Shown piece by piece: positions 12,004 through 24,133 of a stretch of 64,000 nucleotides of DNA. How positions within the stretch are numbered: the first letter of the stretch is position 1; the number at the start of each line of letters is the position of its first letter. Position numbers and translations under genes: made by a program. The notes beneath the pieces are model-generated. The model did not search any database. It was not told where the DNA came from and saw only the letters and a list, made by a program, of their open reading frames with translations. The DNA is from Paraphysomonas bandaiensis (Eukaryota > Protista > Chrysophyceae): contig CBFFRP010000150.1 in assembly GCA_965644295.1 (NCBI GenBank), forward strand, positions 438,781-502,780. The letters are read 5' to 3'.

Positions 12004-12976
12004 ATTACCTGACTTTACCAATGCTCAAAATTTATTTTTTTCTCTTTCAGCAAGATAAGAACGCCAATGTTGATCTGGATCACACAACTGTTGCAATGAC
12101 TTTTAGAATTTCCACAACTAAGGATACACTCTCCTTGTCACTCTCAGCAAGGGATACAAAAAATGCTTGGTTTTCTTTGGCACGTGAGATAAACAACTGG
12201 AGATGTGAACGTTGTAACCCCTATGCGTATATATGAACGCAATATTCGTTGGAGCAACTGAAACACAACATCTTAGAGTACATCTTTTTCAACGTATGAT
12301 ATTGAATCTTGGGAGATCAATTGGATCAAATGTGCCTCGTTGCTTAATGATATCGATAAAAGGCTGCAAGTAATGAGTGTCTTCTTCGGCAGCTGTCGCT
12401 GGATCGAAATCGACTCACTCTGAGTATTCAACGTTCCCATGTCAGGAAGAAGTGTGCATTGCTCGGACCCCCCTGCCGTGAGAACATGCAAACATTCTGT
12501 GCTATTTGTGCATCAATATCCTTCAAAAGAGAGAGAGTTTAGTCCTATACTGCTCAGGGGTCCCTAAATTATCGACCGACTTCTGAGTAAGTGTAGTGAT
12601 TAAATCTTCCGACTGTTCCGTCCGAAAGGTCTTCCTTTTTCTTCTTATTGAAGCTTGAAACAAGGTTGCAACCTGTTGCTTGCTTGTCACTTCTACAAAG
12701 AAAATCAACGGATCGAAAACCAGAAAATCTGGCCATGATACAGCAAGCAAAGAGTGGAACCATCAACTGTACCACGTCCAGCACCCGCTATGTTATATAC
12801 ACTCTGTATATTACGTATACCTGATAGCATGTAGTTGGGCGGATGGTGTGAATACCACACACTACCACGTAGCTATATACGTTTGTCCGTCTATAGATGC
12901 CAACAGATGCATGCTATAGCTGAGAAGACATCAATACTTGGGCGTGGAATAGAGACAACACACAGAAATAAGAGCA

Positions 12977-14219
12977 ATGGAATGTCAGTTAGTGAATTCT
13001 AGTGTTTTATGAGATAATATTATTCGTGCAACAGTTACAGGCTTACAGGATTACACTATTGGACTTATTGGATGCGGTAAAATCGGGAATGCAGTTGCTC
13101 GTGGATATGCTGGAGCTGATCCTTCAGATCGACCTAGAAAGGTTTCAAGTGCCACTGTAATGATGATGATTTAATAAAAAATGAAATATCAGATTATTAT
13201 TTCTCCGAGAAATGCAGCGAGAGCTAAGGCTTTAAAGGAGGACTACAGTGACGTTGTTGAAGTGGCAGAATCTAATCAGGATGTTGTCGAACGTGCAGAT
13301 GTTATTTTTGTGGGTCTTGTTCCTGAAGTAGCACGTGAAGTTCTACCACAAATGCCATTCACTGAGCGCCACTTACTTGTTTCGATGATGGCTGCTGTTA
13401 ACTACGAAGAGTTCACTGCTCTCTGTAAGCGTGAAAACGGCGAGAATTGCGTCAAGATCGTCCCCCTTCCATCTGCAGCCCGTCGTTCGGGTCCAATCTT
13501 GTTCTATCCTCCTCACCCCCTTCTAGAAAAGATTGTGGGGGCGGTGGGGACACCTGTGCCATGCACCCAAGAAGCTGCAATGAAACCACTCATCAGCGTA
13601 GCTGGGCATATCAGTCCATTCTATGAGCTCATGCGAGTTACCCAAAAATGGATTGAAGATAAGGGTATGTAGATTACATACGTTATGTTCACATGCATTC
13701 CTTTCTTTCTCTTTATGGGTCTGGCAGTAGAACATTTATTACGAACTCTTTCTAATGGTAGTGACCAGGTCTTCCAGCCCACACTGCCCGCCTCTATGTA
13801 TCTTCTTTCTATTCAAGTCTTGCAATTGCAGCATTCACCTCACCTGATGACTTCGGAGGTGGGCAATCTATATATATCCATTTGTTAATATCAATTTTAT
13901 ATGAGAATGTTGTGTTTTCACCTAAGTCTGTATTTTACGAAAAACATAGTAATTAAGTTTATATTAATCTATGTAGACATGGTCGAAGAAGCCGCAACTC
14001 CTGGAGGCCTCAACGAACAGGTGAGAACTATTTGCCATTGCATAGAACTACGCTAATATTACTCTTGTATCGCCTGCTAAAGTCAACCCAATTTTTGAGG
14101 GGAACGCCACACTTTCAACTTCACGAGGAGGTATGCATGAGTCTGCAATACTTTAGTGTATCCTAATTTTTTCATTTGTTTAGTCCCTGCAGACAGTGTT
14201 GGACAGGTTAAACAAATGA
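12977..14219 (+). CDS. Pyrroline-5-carboxylate reductase-like NAD(P)-binding protein, about 7 exons
   Basis: IGLIGCGKIG Rossmann motif, IIISPRN..SNQDVVERADVIFVGL, LLVSMMA, ATPGGLNEQ; stop TGA at 14217-14219. Confidence 0.85.
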
Positions 14220-15797
14220 ACTTGGTATAAGCAAACTGCTGTTTAGACGAGTCAACTTGTCATCCTTTGACGAGTATAGTAGTAGACATGCGTTTCGGTT
14301 ATTGCAATTTGCCTTAAAAATTTACCTTATGAAATATTTATTGTCAGACTCTTTCCTGCCTAGAGAATGAACAGTTGTATTATTTCGCTCGCTCCGCCTA
14401 TTTTCATTGTTTAGTACAATTATTTCTAAACTCGAGTCGTTGAAACCAGAGCTAGGAAGCACTATATTGTATTTTGTATTTAAATAGTATTGATAAGTCG
14501 AACCCACCAATATAGTTATTGTTTTGCTGCTCACAATGCGTTATAATAGATATTAACTACTATATATCTAATACACTGGGTATTATGTGATAGAAGGATA
14601 ATAGAGTAAATAAATTTTCGTTTACTAGACACTAGACATTACAACTTTATCTTTGCCATCAAGAAGGTAATTTAGCTATATACTCCAAGCTATCTTGATG
14701 ACCTGTCACTGTATGGTTGTTGTTTGTTGTGTACCAGAATACGGTTAAATGAGTGTTCTATTTAACCAACAAAAGGTCAAAAATACGTTTTCTGAGACGA
14801 AATGGGGATACTGCTTTCTACTTATACGTATGCTATCTGTAGGACATCAGTGCTGTAAAATTTTAACTTGTTATGCTGCATGAAATGTTTTCATGACAAC
14901 ATGATATGAAAATGAAGAATGAAATTACTTGAAAATTTATGAACTGTGTTATCATTGTCAATTCTGCAATCAATATCACATAATATGCTACAGGGATTAT
15001 TGTAAGTATATTTCATATCAAATAGAATAAAAGTTTTGTTCCCCAAATGTCAGTTGTAAAACGGTGTGACGGCTTTAGAATCACAACTCGATTAGGAAAT
15101 ATCAGCGACCTGTTAGTTCCTGGGGATGTCTCTGATGCCATCAATATCAGACCATTCCACGGCAGCTATTTTCGTATTCCCCACAGTAGGCCACATAAAG
15201 GGAAAACCACCTATAGAGTCATTCATAAGAAGCTTATAGTGGTGGATATGTTATGATAGTTACCTGCGAAAGCTCCCAGCATACACACAGCCAAACCCCC
15301 CGCAAGAGGTTTCCAACTCTTCTTCATATGATTAGCCAGCACCATTATCGTTATCTAAGTTAAGCACTTCCTGATATCTTATTGAATCCTGCGATATGTT
15401 TCTTCTTCTATGATACTGTGAGTGCCTGGTCTGTCCATATCTATATCAACACTCTGTACAGAACTGTACATACATACACATATCCAGAACACTTCACTTT
15501 ATTCTTTTTGCTGACGTCTTGAAGTTCACACTCAACAGCAGCAGATACAAAGCCTTCTGGAAATACTGCAGTGTGGATTACTCAAATACGGGAATGTATT
15601 CGATGGTATTTTATGTATTCTCGAGAACTGAAAAACGTTTATGTTGGTTGTATGTATGCACCGTATTCCATATGTATTCATTGTTGTCGGGTTTGTCAGT
15701 GGCAGAAATTGCATATAGTGTATACATACATACACGCTACAATGCTGATTAAATCAACATCATTGAAGCACTGAGTTGCATTCATTAATTTATAATA

Positions 15798-16655
15798 ATG
15801 CCTAGAGATAAATATGACAGTGATCGTTTGCAGTCATCAAGTAGACTCAAGCGAGACCGCAGTTCTAGTAGAGAAAGACGATATGAGAGATCTCCAAAGC
15901 GTAATGGCCGGAGCAGAAGTAGAGAAAGGCATCGCGAGAGATCTCCAAAGCGTAACGACCGAAGCAAGAGTAAAGAGAGACCAGCGCAGGATATGAACAC
16001 TGGAGGAATACATGCTGCTTTGAGCGGTGCAGAGAAAAAGGGTGGAAAGAGGCGAAATGATGAACCATCTTCAGGAAGAAATGTGTGGGGCAATGTTGGT
16101 GCGGAAGAGGAATACGAAGCAGAGAAAAGAAAGGCAAGAGGAGAGGATGTACCTGAAGAGGAAAAACAGAAAGCAAATTTTGGATTGACTGGAGCACTTG
16201 CAAAAGATGAGAACACTGGAAATATGTACAACGGTGTCTTATTAAAATGGACAGAACCCTTGGATGCTGCCGGTCCCCCAAAGGGATGGAGGTTTTATGT
16301 GTTCAAGGACGATAAAGTTGTTGAGACATTGTATCTGCACCGACAGTCCGCATTTCTCTTTGGAAGAGATAACAGAGTTGCCGACCATGTTCTAGGACAT
16401 CCTTCCTGCTCTGGACAGCATGCTGTCATACAATTTCGAGCGGTAAGGAAACGCAATGCTGATGAAATTGCCGCTGGAAATAAGGAGAAGAGGGTGTCGA
16501 AGCCTTATATTATGGATTTAGGTTCCACCAATAAAACTTATTTGAATGGCGAGGCCATAGAGGATTCACGTTACTACGAACTGCTCGAGAAAGACGTTGT
16601 AAAATTCGGGAATAGTACAAGAGAATATGTTCTAATATGTGATAAAAATAGCTAA
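15798..16655 (+). CDS. SNIP1: SNIP1/Pml1/DDL FHA-domain RES-complex splicing factor, intronless
   Basis: RS-rich N-terminus, ANFGLTGALA..N..NGVLLKWTEP, LHRQSAFLFGRD..HPSCSGQHAVIQFR..PYIMDLGSTNKTYLNG..KFGNSTREYVL. Confidence 0.93.
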   Translation: MPRDKYDSDRLQSSSRLKRDRSSSRERRYERSPKRNGRSRSRERHRERSPKRNDRSKSKERPAQDMNTGGIHAALSGAEKKGGKRRNDEPSSGRNVWGNVGAEEEYEAEKRKARGEDVPEEEKQKANFGLTGALAKDENTGNMYNGVLLKWTEPLDAAGPPKGWRFYVFKDDKVVETLYLHRQSAFLFGRDNRVADHVLGHPSCSGQHAVIQFRAVRKRNADEIAAGNKEKRVSKPYIMDLGSTNKTYLNGEAIEDSRYYELLEKDVVKFGNSTREYVLICDKNS

Positions 16656-17219
16656 ATGAAGTGTAGCGAATTTTTGTTTCTTTTGTATATTGCGGAGGTA
16701 ATAAGTGTGGAAATAACAATTGAATACATGTCTCACGACCTCGAATCACTAAATTGCAAATACTCTGTCCTATGGCCCATTATTTAGCTAGTATGCTAGT
16801 ATAGACGTGATCATAGCATTAAATTTTATCACAGATTGTTGTAACCGCGTCGGATATAAGTGACGTTTGCTTAGTGTAATTCTGTGCCGAATTTATCGCT
16901 ATACTACCAATCACCACACTGCAGTAATTTTGAGGAGCAATAAAACCTGTATTTAAATGCGGCAAGAAAGAAGAACCTTTTTACGATTTTTCACACGCGG
17001 AAATACATATTATTCCAAGAAATTTTAATCAAATTATGTGATTATCTAATTCATGCTTTTTGTGGAGATCAAAGTTTGGAAACAAAAATATAAAATGTCG
17101 ATGGAATAATACTTTATTTATATTCAAGTTAAAATATGGTACGCAACTATCATATAATTATATCATATGTAACTGTACAACATAAGAAAAACAATGCCCA
17201 AATATTCGTAACTGCCAAA

Positions 17220-18276
17220 TCACTGAAGTAAGTAGTAACTGCCAATTTGGATACTTTCTGTTGGACTGGTGTCGTTACTTTTAGAATTCGCTTTCTGTTT
17301 TTTCTTTATATTCTTCATTTTCTTTCGATGGGCCATACTGTGTAGCTCAAAGTGAATGCTTCCCCTCCGGAGTGTAGACCGTCGTCGGATCCGTTCTTTC
17401 ACTTCCTTTATTTGCGCTCTCTTTGGTCGAAAGAGGTCCACAACTTCTTTATTCGAAGCAACCCTAAGTTTAAAGTAAACCAGCAAAATGCGATATCAAG
17501 ACAACGTACGATTGGGCAGACTTGACTATACGCTCCCAAAATTCTTCATCTCCGATATAGGCTTTCAGTTTCGTCTACTCGACAAATATAGTAAATATAT
17601 AAGTTAGCCACATTGCTTCGATAAAACGAGTACCTGAAATGTCAATGGCTCATACAGAAATCTCGGATATTTCTTAACTGACTCCTTGAACTCTGTGCGC
17701 GATATTTTCTTATTTCCATCTTTATCAAGGCTCTTGAGCATGGACTTAACAGTATGCTTCTTGTTTCTTTTTCCAAATATTCCGTCAATTAACTCCTGGA
17801 TATTTGCTTCTTCAAGCTCATCTGAATTACCAGCATACAGATCAAATGTGAAGTCAGCAATGCTCTCAGTGCCTCTCGAGCAAAACCTCCAAACAGCTAA
17901 TGTGAACTACAAAACTAGAAATCAGTCAATGAGAGATCAAGCACACCGATTCCGTACCTCTCTAAAATCAAAATATCCATCTACTGCAGTGTCTAAATCC
18001 TCAAATAACTCCACTGATAGGGGTGTTTCGTCTGGGCATAGAATTAATAAATCAGATGCTACAATAAATAACATGATAATACGTACCGATACCAATAGCA
18101 CGTAAAAAATCGCCTATACATATCATTCCTTTATCGTTTTTATCTATTGCTCTAAAAGCTTCATAGAAAGTGGCCACTTCTTTATCAGATAGTGCGATCT
18201 TCTTGAAGTCTGCTAGGTTACGCTCGCTGTGTGCTTTATCATCAGTGTGAACGCGTTTCGCACCACAACAACCCAT
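17220..18276 (-). CDS. N-acylated EF-hand calcium sensor (calcineurin B/NCS-like), about 5 exons
   Basis: MGCCG N-terminus; EF loops DKNDKGMICIGDF, DTAVDGYFDFRE and DKDGNKKISRTEF; GT-AG introns. Confidence 0.78.
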
Positions 18277-18574
18277 CTTATCCAATAGGCTCAAGTCAAC
18301 ACATTATAACATTCATCGCAATTCATAATAAACGACACTCCGCAGGTACATCACGTACAACGAGTATATATTATGAACCGACTAAGTTAAGTTATCATCG
18401 CAGGCATGTTAAAGATATGGAGACCTCCATTCAATAAAATCCCCATTTTTGTATTTTCTAACAGTAAAACGTCTGAAAACCACCGGAATAACCACCCGCA
18501 TAAGACAAAATGAACAGGAGTATATACATCTGTGTCTATAGAAAAACGCTTAAACATGTCCTAAAAACGACAAA

Positions 18575-18694
18575 AACGGACAGTACCCGGACTTCGCACG
18601 TGGTCACCCACCGTACTACTAACCGGGCCAGATGCAACTTAACTTCCGCGAGCGGAACGAGAGCGGGTGCGGTTTGCATTGTATGACCGTCCAT
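18575..18694 (-). rRNA. 5S: 5S rRNA gene (solitary copy)
   Basis: Minus strand reads ATGGACGGTCATAC..GCACCCGCTCTCGTTCCGCTCGCGGAAGTTAAG..GGCCCGGTTAGTAGTACGGTGGGTGACCACGTGCGAAGTCCGGGTACTGTCCGT; about 120 nt, helix I pairs, followed by T5 Pol III terminators, with a TATA-like element at about -25. Confidence 0.93.
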
Positions 18695-19006
18695 GCTGAT
18701 AGTGTGAATTCTGTTGTATATAAAGCAAATACATGTCCAGATAGTATCCATGATGCATATGCATGTGATCATGTAGAAACCTTTCTTCGCATGATATCTG
18801 GATGAAGAATAAGGAGCATTCTATGCCTCATCCTCTATAAATATCCTCTATTTATAGCTACTTTGTGAAAGAAGGTCAAACGACCATGTGAAGTGACAAA
18901 ATTGTTAATGCTGCGGTTGATTCCGGGGGGTATTCATACGATATACGCATATTCAAATGGAGAATGTCACAGTTGTGCGTTGCCACACGGCCGCATTGCA
19001 TTATAG

Positions 19007-19761
19007 CAGGGCCTGGTAACCGTTAATAGTAATGGCATTAATGGTCATTAATGGGCTATTAATGGTAATGTCATCATAATTGCCGGGAACTAGACTACCG
19101 TTAATGGCATGTACTGGTACTTGATATATGCTACAGTATATAGAACTAAGTGAAATTTAAACAATGTTAAACAATGTTCATGCAACTCTACAGCTACTTT
19201 GTGGCAACTTTGCTCTATATAGCGGCAAACTTATTGCTAAAAGAGTTGGAAAATAGTTTCCTGAGCAACAACATAACAACGCACTCTGAAAAAGTTTTGA
19301 AAATATCATATTTTACCTAGAAAACATGTATAAATGAGTATTTTACTGAACGAGAAAACTTCCATTCCTTTATACTTTATATCCAAGCACAATCGAATGT
19401 TGTTGTTGAGAGGCTCTGTAGTCGTGCAAAGTTTATTAAGACACCTGAATCCTTATCATCTAGAATCGTCCCTATTCCTACGAGCCAATTACATGTTGTG
19501 GGATGCATATGCCCTCCATTAAGTCCTGCAAGAATAGTATCCTGATGTACTAGTGGAGAGCGAGAAGTAGTTACGATTCTTAGTCTGTTAGTTAACTAAG
19601 GAGCACCACACTATCCATTATGAGCGGTATTATCTACTTAGGTATTAATGGCAATTAATGGGCCAATATAAATTTCGGGACATTTTTCATTAACGCTATT
19701 TTAATAACCAGGCTGGACGGCTGGACTACCATTACTGGGCCCTTAATGGTTCCCAGGTCAT
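19007..19761. mobile_element. Degenerate hAT-like non-autonomous element
   Basis: Imperfect TIRs cagggcctggtaaccgttaa / ttaatggttcccaggtcat, with clustered TAATGG/CCATTA subterminal repeats at both ends. Confidence 0.6.
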
Positions 19762-19785
19762 ACTTCATGCTTTATAGGGTAAGAT

Positions 19786-20350
19786 GCCCTCAACAAAGTC
19801 GGGCTCGCAACTCTTCGTGGTGTTCTGGGGGGATAAGTACAGGAGATATTTCTCCGGGAAACTAATGTGAGCCACTCATGATAGCCGAATGCTTGTGTGG
19901 TACAAGGTACATAGGACACCAATAAGTGTCACATGTGTAGATATCTTTGGGCCTTGACTAATAAAAAAGGCATCCGGATATGGGCCCACCTCAAGAGCAT
20001 CCGGGACAGGGCCCACCTGAAGGGTAACCGGGGTATTGGGCTGCCTGCTGAAGTCAAGCATCCGGGATGTTCACTTTACGGACTCAAAAAGCCTTAAGTT
20101 AGAGGCGGTTGCACCTTGGTGCTTGCGGCGACGCACAAGCAGCTTTCGCAGCGTAAAATAGTAGGAGAATAAAGTTTGTACTAGTTAGTTACAGGTAGAC
20201 GTCTATCTAGCTTGACTAGTTATTTCTAGCTACTCAACTGGTGCTTGTTGAGTTCTGCAATATGATGTGATATATGCTAACAATTGGTGAATGTCCAATG
20301 CTAACAGTGCTGATTCATAATGCCTATTGCTAATAATAAGACTTTCAATA
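19786..20350 (+). mobile_element. Interspersed repeat, subfamily A
   Basis: Near-identical to 6630-7146 over long stretches; ends AATGCCTATTGCTAATAATAAGACTTTCAATA. Confidence 0.85.
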
Positions 20351-20599
20351 GGGAATAGGGTAAGGTGGCTTGGATAGGGGGTACCAACATTGAATTTCCT
20401 CAATATTAAAGCTTTCTGATTTTTTTGTATATATATCGGCTCTATCTCTTACTAAAACTACAACGGAAAAGTACACTATACCTTGTGAATTCGTATATCA
20501 TACAAAATGAAAAAAGAAAATAAACAGAGGCTATATATGACATATCATGTCAACCTAACATAGCTCTCTACACAAACATCCTACCAGTCGTGTACTCTT

Positions 20600-22033
20600 C
20601 TAGGAAGATGTAATTACATTCCACGCCCACATTTCAAATGCTTTAGCAGCAGCCAGAGCTATACTTTCATCTGATCCTTTGTGATATTTATCCACAGATC
20701 GCTTGCCCACACAAAACCCCATCACCACAGGCTCCCCAACGCCATCTGTCATGTCTAACCATTCTACCCAATCCAGAATCATTGGGAACTCGGATCCCAC
20801 ATACTCACCGAGCTCATTCATATCGCCTGCATAGCATGAAGTATCGTACCACCGGCATAGTCCCGTGACAGGCTTGGGCCACCATCTCGTCGTGTAGCGT
20901 AATATAACCTTCTCACAACATCCCATTCGAATACGATCCAGAGACTTCATATGCATTTCTGGTAGATTTGGGGAAAATAGTATTGTTCTATTCTGAATGA
21001 CAGAAATCGGTACAGTGCATATGCATTTATCTGCACAGATTATTTCGCCGGTTGCAGTAGTGGCAACCACCCTATTTCCAGACCAGTCGATGTGGGTTAC
21101 CGGAGTACTAAGACGAACATTTAATCCCTCCGCCTCGCTATCTAATAGTGCTACATAACCTTGCTTGATGTAATGATCTTCATTACCAACACCGAGCTCC
21201 TCCAATCCCCATACTGCAGAGGTGTCATCCAGGTCGTACCCAAGGTCAGAGTTGATGTCGCCAGCCACTGCTAAATGAGCCAAAAACTGTTCATCCCTGG
21301 GAAAACGAGATATGCTCTGCTGTAATACACCCATCAGTGGAAGGTCCACTTCCTTCCCGCCATCTGAGGAGCCACTAAAATCGTTAACAGTCACCCAGAC
21401 GTGGTCGTACACACGCTCCACAATACCACGCATGCCAGAAAGTGACCGACCATTGCTAGCAGAACATAATGCATCATGAAAACATGTAGGAACAACATCC
21501 AATTCCATTCTATTCACTGCGTGCTCCGCCATGAAGTTCGTAGGAAACTGTTGGAGCCAAGTTGCCCCCAAATCAACCTTTACTGACTTAACCGAGGAGT
21601 CTCTGCCAATATCCACAGTGTGAACACGCCCCCCAATTCGATCTCTCGCTTCCAAAACTATCACATTCTCGTTTCCGGCCAATTCTCTGAGTCGCGATGC
21701 GGCATATATTCCAGCGGCCCCGGCTCCTATCACGACGTAACTCAACGCTCCATCCGACGCTGACTCATACATCATATTGGCAGCTCTCAAGCCGCTGTAC
21801 GCCGCCCCGTGCACCATAGATGGCATATGGTCTGTACAAGCTTCGCCGGCTAGTATGAGAGCATCGGAAATGGGAGAGCCTAGCACTACACGATCACTAG
21901 GGCTGCCATTCACCCTAAGCTGAGACCATGCGCCCTGAGAGTAAGGGTTCTCGCTCCAATGGGAGACTTTCCATTCCACTGGTGTGTGCTCTTTATCATG
22001 AAAGAATTCAGTCCGTGAGGAATAAGAATGCAT
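20600..22033 (-). CDS. Flavin-containing amine oxidase (MAO/PAO family), circularly permuted, intronless, about 477 aa
   Basis: Starting at MHSYSS: HWSENPYSQGAWS..LILAGEA..MVHGAAYSGLRAA, then VVIGAGAAG..LEARDRIGGR..DLGATW..VRLSTPV..ADKCICTVP..FSPNLP..EKVILRY..WW. Confidence 0.88.
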   Translation of the reverse strand: MHSYSSRTEFFHDKEHTPVEWKVSHWSENPYSQGAWSQLRVNGSPSDRVVLGSPISDALILAGEACTDHMPSMVHGAAYSGLRAANMMYESASDGALSYVVIGAGAAGIYAASRLRELAGNENVIVLEARDRIGGRVHTVDIGRDSSVKSVKVDLGATWLQQFPTNFMAEHAVNRMELDVVPTCFHDALCSASNGRSLSGMRGIVERVYDHVWVTVNDFSGSSDGGKEVDLPLMGVLQQSISRFPRDEQFLAHLAVAGDINSDLGYDLDDTSAVWGLEELGVGNEDHYIKQGYVALLDSEAEGLNVRLSTPVTHIDWSGNRVVATTATGEIICADKCICTVPISVIQNRTILFSPNLPEMHMKSLDRIRMGCCEKVILRYTTRWWPKPVTGLCRWYDTSCYAGDMNELGEYVGSEFPMILDWVEWLDMTDGVGEPVVMGFCVGKRSVDKYHKGSDESIALAAAKAFEMWAWNVITSS

Positions 22034-22058
22034 TACAAGAATGTGAAGATGGATACAC

Positions 22059-22063
22059 GTATG

Positions 22064-22094
<31 letters not shown>

Positions 22095-22147
22095 GTATGT
22101 ATGTATGTATGTATGTATGTATGTATGTATGTATGTATGTATGTATG

Positions 22148-22178
<31 letters not shown>

Positions 22179-22549
22179 GTATGTATGTATGTATGTATGT
22201 ATGTATGTATGTATGTATGTATGTATGTATGTATGTATGTATGTATGTATGTATGTATGTATGTATGTATGTATGTATGTATGTATGTAGGTATGTATGT
22301 ATGTATGTATGTATGTATGTATGTATGTATGTATGTATGTATGTATGTATGTATGTATGTATGTATGTATGTATGTATGTATGTATGTATGTATGTATGT
22401 ATGTATGTATGTATGTATGTATGTATGTATGTATGTATGTATGTATGTATGTATGTATGTAGGTATGTAGGTATGTATGTATGTATGTATGTATGTATGT
22501 ATGTATGTATGTATGTATGTATGTATGTATGTATGTATGTATGTATGTA
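22059..22549 (+). repeat. (TATG)n microsatellite, about 490 bp, abutting the left TIR
   Basis: About 122 units with rare TAAG/TAGG variants. Confidence 0.97.
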
Positions 22550-24133
22550 CAGTGCACTCTCGATATGATCAAGGGTCTGTACCATAGGCAAACTATTTCT
22601 CATAACGAGAGTGTTGACCATTAGAAACCCCAGTTTTATTTTATAGAAACCATTTTTTTTGTAAAAAACCCGGTTTTGTAGAAAAAACCCAGATATTTTT
22701 TGTAAAACTCAGTTTTTGGATATTAAAACCATGGCTTTATGCTCAAAACTCCTACCTCTATGTTTAAATATTTAAAATAGCCTTGTTATTACATCATAGG
22801 CATGCGTTGTCTGATCTTAGCTACAATAGGACAGCTGTATAACCTAGAATTACTACATAACTGCTATAGTGTAGAATTAGATCTCTGCACCGAGAAAAAT
22901 TGTTGTATCGTTCGTTGTGACGAAGATTTTGCGCGCTTCTCTAAGTAACTTCTAGTCACTTCTGAAGCGGTCTTAACAAACGTGTAGTGCCAGGTAGCAG
23001 AATTTTCACTACTACTTTCCATAGTAAAGTCATATACAACTCGCATGGCATCATTGAATTGATTCAAAGTTACCGTAGATGAAGACGCGCGGTCTATATT
23101 TGTATCACTTTGACAATCATCATCCACCAGCGGTATTTGCGGAGAAATAGAAAAAGATTCCAAGCGCTCCATGGCTTCCTCAATTTCAGTTTCGACTACC
23201 AATTGATCACTTTCAACATCACACCATCACAACAGCATCTTCCAATTGTTTCATCACTGCAATACCGTTCACCTTTCCATACATCATCCAGTATATTCAT
23301 ACAGTCCAAGATATGTGGTTTCAAACCGTACATAATTCCTTTGCAAACAGATTAACATGAATAAAACTGTTTCGACTCTTCAACACATTGTTTAACCAAC
23401 CGCTCGATGCTTTAAATAAACTGCGCGTTTCTTCATCTTCTTTATAGATTATCTATAAAACACAATGTTTAGAATATGTATTATTTTCTTCTGGATCTTG
23501 TAGACCTTTGCATAATCCTTAGCCTTCTGCTGCAGGTACAACCAGCTCAAGCCGCATTTATCCGTCTTGTAGTTTTCTTGGCGAAATTTAATGTAGTCAA
23601 CAATTTTTTTCTCAACCTCAGGAAATGAACCCTTCCGTTGCTTCTTGCGGCCTGTGCAAGTTTCTATCTTCAGTGTTCCATCATTGCAGGCTTTAATCCA
23701 TTTACTTAATGCTGAAGGGCTAAATATGTTTCCCTTGTACGCAACGAATTGCTTGAGGGTTTTGAAATGACCCTCTTTATATTCTTTCACAAAATTATAT
23801 TTCTGCACATCCGAGAAACTACTCAACGATTTCTTGCGCTTGGTACCGATGCTGCATTCATCTGACATCGCTGCGTACAGCAGACGAACAAATGCAGTAA
23901 TGTATGTATATGTAATGAATGTGTTCATGATTATTGCATACAGCAGTATTGTACTCTCTGCACATATCCAACACTTTCACAAAACCCTAACCCAAAAGAG
24001 GGGTTTTTTATTAAAAACTAAGGATTTATATAAAATGGGGGTTTTCATGCTAAAAACCCCGTACCAATGCCTATTCCGTTTCCCATAACGAGAGTGTTGA
24101 CCATACATCGATGATCATATCGAGAGTGCACTG
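22550..24133 (-). mobile_element. pogo/Tigger-like (Tc1/mariner superfamily) DNA transposon, internally deleted, 1,584 bp
   Basis: Perfect 22-bp TIRs CAGTGCACTCTCGATATGATCA / TGATCATATCGAGAGTGCACTG with TA on both sides; internal CENP-B-type HTH ORF and PIP-box tail. Confidence 0.92.
22864..23870 (-). pseudogene. pogo-type transposase lacking the DDE/D core, containing a spliceosomal intron
   Basis: HTH region (SPSALSKWIK..RKKQRKGSFPEVEKKIVDYI..LQQKAK) is spliced via GTCTAC..TTATAG (about 23453-23505) to IIYKEDEETRSLFKASSGWLNNVL; acidic C-terminus ends QRTIQQFF. Confidence 0.8.

Noticed and set aside
15040-15480. Possible spliced minus-strand gene fragment
   Set aside because: Splice-like signals are present but frames are interrupted by stops and there is no recognisable product.
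22059-22549. (TATG)n as a telomere or CRISPR-like array
   Set aside because: It is internal, has no spacers, and is not a G-rich telomeric unit.
21928-22621. ORFs of (YIHT)n / (MYVC)n, including the 673-aa version of the oxidase
   Set aside because: These are artefacts of a stop-free tetranucleotide repeat; the oxidase homology begins near the ATG at 22033.
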